Below are positions 61,723 to 64,000 of a stretch of 64,000 bases of DNA, in pieces. Under the pieces are notes generated by a model. That model did no database searches. It was not told the origin of the DNA and saw only the letters and a list, made by a program, of their open reading frames with translations. Positions within the stretch are counted from its first letter, which is position 1; each line of letters starts with the position of its first letter. The DNA is taken from positions 115,057 through 179,056 of the forward strand of contig JAUCBJ010000533.1 in assembly GCA_032718475.1 (NCBI GenBank). The letters are read 5' to 3'. This DNA comes from Nemertoderma westbladi (lineage: Eukaryota > Animalia > Xenacoelomorpha). Made by a program: the position numbers and the translations under genes.

Positions 61723-62287
61723 TTAAATTGTAGTATTACTTAATAGTTACTTTCGTTTAGTTTATAGTTTATATAATATCCATTACATTGTTTAACAGGT
61801 CTTTAAAATAAATGATGTACCCTATCTTGTTGATGTAAGTACGTAAGTAGTTTGTTTATATTAGTTTAGGTTAGGTGGATTATATTATGTACCAATCTTA
61901 TAACTGTACTGTATATGCCCCCAACACATATATTTATGTGCCCATCTTTATATCTGTGTGTATATGCCCCCAAGAGTTTTTTTTTGTTTTGTATTTGTTT
62001 TTACAGAATCTATATCTTAAAGTACTTCGGTTTATACCTTCGAAATTGTTTTATACTTAATGCAATATATTAGAATTACTGTCAATATTACAATACTTAA
62101 TTAGGCCTAATGTAGTTAATAATAAATAAATTAATCGCTGTGTTACTGGTGCCTGAAATAATGGGACTACCCGTCCAGGTACCAGCTACACGTAGAGTAC
62201 ATTATGTGCATGCATATATTATATACAATAGTTATCAATTTATTTAGTACAAATTTGCTCTATATCTGTGTAGAAATTGTTAATAAA

Positions 62288-62322
62288 TCTTATCTTATCT
62301 TATCTTATCTTATCTTATCTTA
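62288..62322. repeat. (TCTTA)n microsatellite after AATAAA, likely a retroelement tail
   Basis: aataaa followed by seven TCTTA units. Confidence 0.8.
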
Positions 62323-64000
62323 GGGCCAGCCGAAAATACGGGCCATTTTCTCTCAGCGAGTCACTCCTGTGAAAAAAATATTTTTATCTGAAAAATCCAC
62401 ATTTTTTCTCACTAAAATTTGTAGAAAACAGCAAGAAAGTGCATCTTTCGACTACTCTCTATCCCTAAATTTGTGATAGAAAGTGCAAAATTCTAGCCAG
62501 TCGACCGACAGGTGCTGTGTTATTATATTAGTTCGAGACCTGATGGCAGGGAAATAATAAAATATGGGCAGTAAAACTTTAAAGTGCTAATTATGAACAA
62601 TGGAGAATTTAATTTTATTTATTTGTGGGGAATTATTTGTAGTTATACTCTTAAACTTTCTAGAATAACCAAATAATGACGTGGTGACATTGGAATCACT
62701 GTACATACTGTAGTAAATGGCGTGGAGATATGGTAGTGCGAAATTAATTGTTTTTTTTTTTTACCGGAAACGAGTTTTATAAATATAGGCCCTACTAGAT
62801 AAAAAAAGGATAAATTACAGTAGTTGTAGATAAAATAGTTGTTGATAAAATAATCGTGTCAGAAATAACTTCTAGTCACTACTGTAATTTAATTTAACCG
62901 AAATTCAGATGTTCTGCCCTCGTGTATTGAATTTTGCATTCGATGGCATTTTAGGTGCAATTCCTGCAAAACCTAAAACTCTCGGACGACTGCATCATTG
63001 AATTTGGGTAAATTAAAATTAGTGACAAAAAGTGCTTATTTCCGAGACTGTTCTCTTATCGAAAAACATTACTTTCTCAGCAAGTCCAAATCTTGATCAG
63101 AAATATTATATCTTTGCACTAAGCCCACACTTTTGGTGTGTTATATTTCTCAGAAAGTCCTGTAAAGATAAGTACCCTGCGAAACCTACAGAAAATAAAT
63201 AACACATTCCCAAGATCCGATCAAAATTGCTAAATGCCTACAGGAGCCAGTCAGCCTCAAGGGGGCCAACTTTAACTATTATTAATAAATTATTTTTTGA
63301 CCTCAAAACTGCTCTTTTCAACAACATAATATTGCTGATATTTATGACTCTCTGTATAAAACATCAGTTTGTCGATTTTGACTTTTTTCATCACTAAATT
63401 CCCTACTATACACTATTTTATTTTTTACTCAATTGTCATCCAACATACCAAAATGTCAGCCTCAGCTTTTGGACTAGTATCGTTGGTTTTGTAAAACATG
63501 TCTATTTGAATTCAAAATTTATACAATTTTTGAAAAAAACTGACCTGCACAAAAAGTGCCCTATTTTTCGAACAAACGGGTTTACGAAGCTATTCATACT
63601 TAGTTTTCTGAGTAAAAGATCACAGATCATTGTGTTAAAGTTTCAAAACACTAGCTTTATAAATAAAACAAATAGATTTGGGGTAATGGTCCCATTAATA
63701 TATTAAAAATTGAAGCGTGAGAAATTCTACCAAAACCATTACACTTTTTATAGCAAAAGTTTTATAGGCTTAATAATATGTCGTTTAGTATTGTTACAAT
63801 TCTTGATGAACACTAATTTTGCAAAGTACTTATTATTAAAGTACTTAGTACTTATTTGCACGCAGTCATCCAACGAAAATACTTTATATTTCTTTCGCAA
63901 CATTTTCAGTTGTTTTTATCAGCTTTTTCTTTTGAAAGGGCTTTCGGAACAATATCAATTTTCGGGCCATTTTTGGAAATTACTAAAATGTGCCTTAGGG

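Overview
AT-rich animal (invertebrate-type) nuclear DNA, mostly transposon-derived. Three host genes are supported. (1) An intronless OGFOD1/Tpa1 prolyl hydroxylase (8477-10219, -). (2) Two spliced exons of a hydantoinase/oxoprolinase-family gene not resolved by the ORF track (12269-12108 and 11863-11689, -); I could not find the rest of this gene in the window. (3) A complete ~2012-aa SBF/MTMR5-13 pseudophosphatase encoded by only two exons (35519-36967 and 46458-51047, +). The rest is a non-autonomous Helitron carrying a 147-bp satellite, nested BEL/Pao and Gypsy LTR elements, CR1/L2-group and RTE-group LINEs, a tRNA-derived SINE, several MITEs and minisatellites. The most unusual signals are: an array of 8 conserved hairpin repeats with mostly unique, self-folding spacers inside a 1.4-kb LTR (20830-21590); a Helitron-borne 147-bp satellite with a CTCF-consensus motif in nearly every unit; a SINE and LINE sharing a 3' stem-loop with compensatory substitutions; a 2A ribosome-skipping motif in a LINE; and clusters of apparent Tc1/mariner excision footprints. 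All calls were made by eye, with no database searches, and remnant boundaries are approximate.
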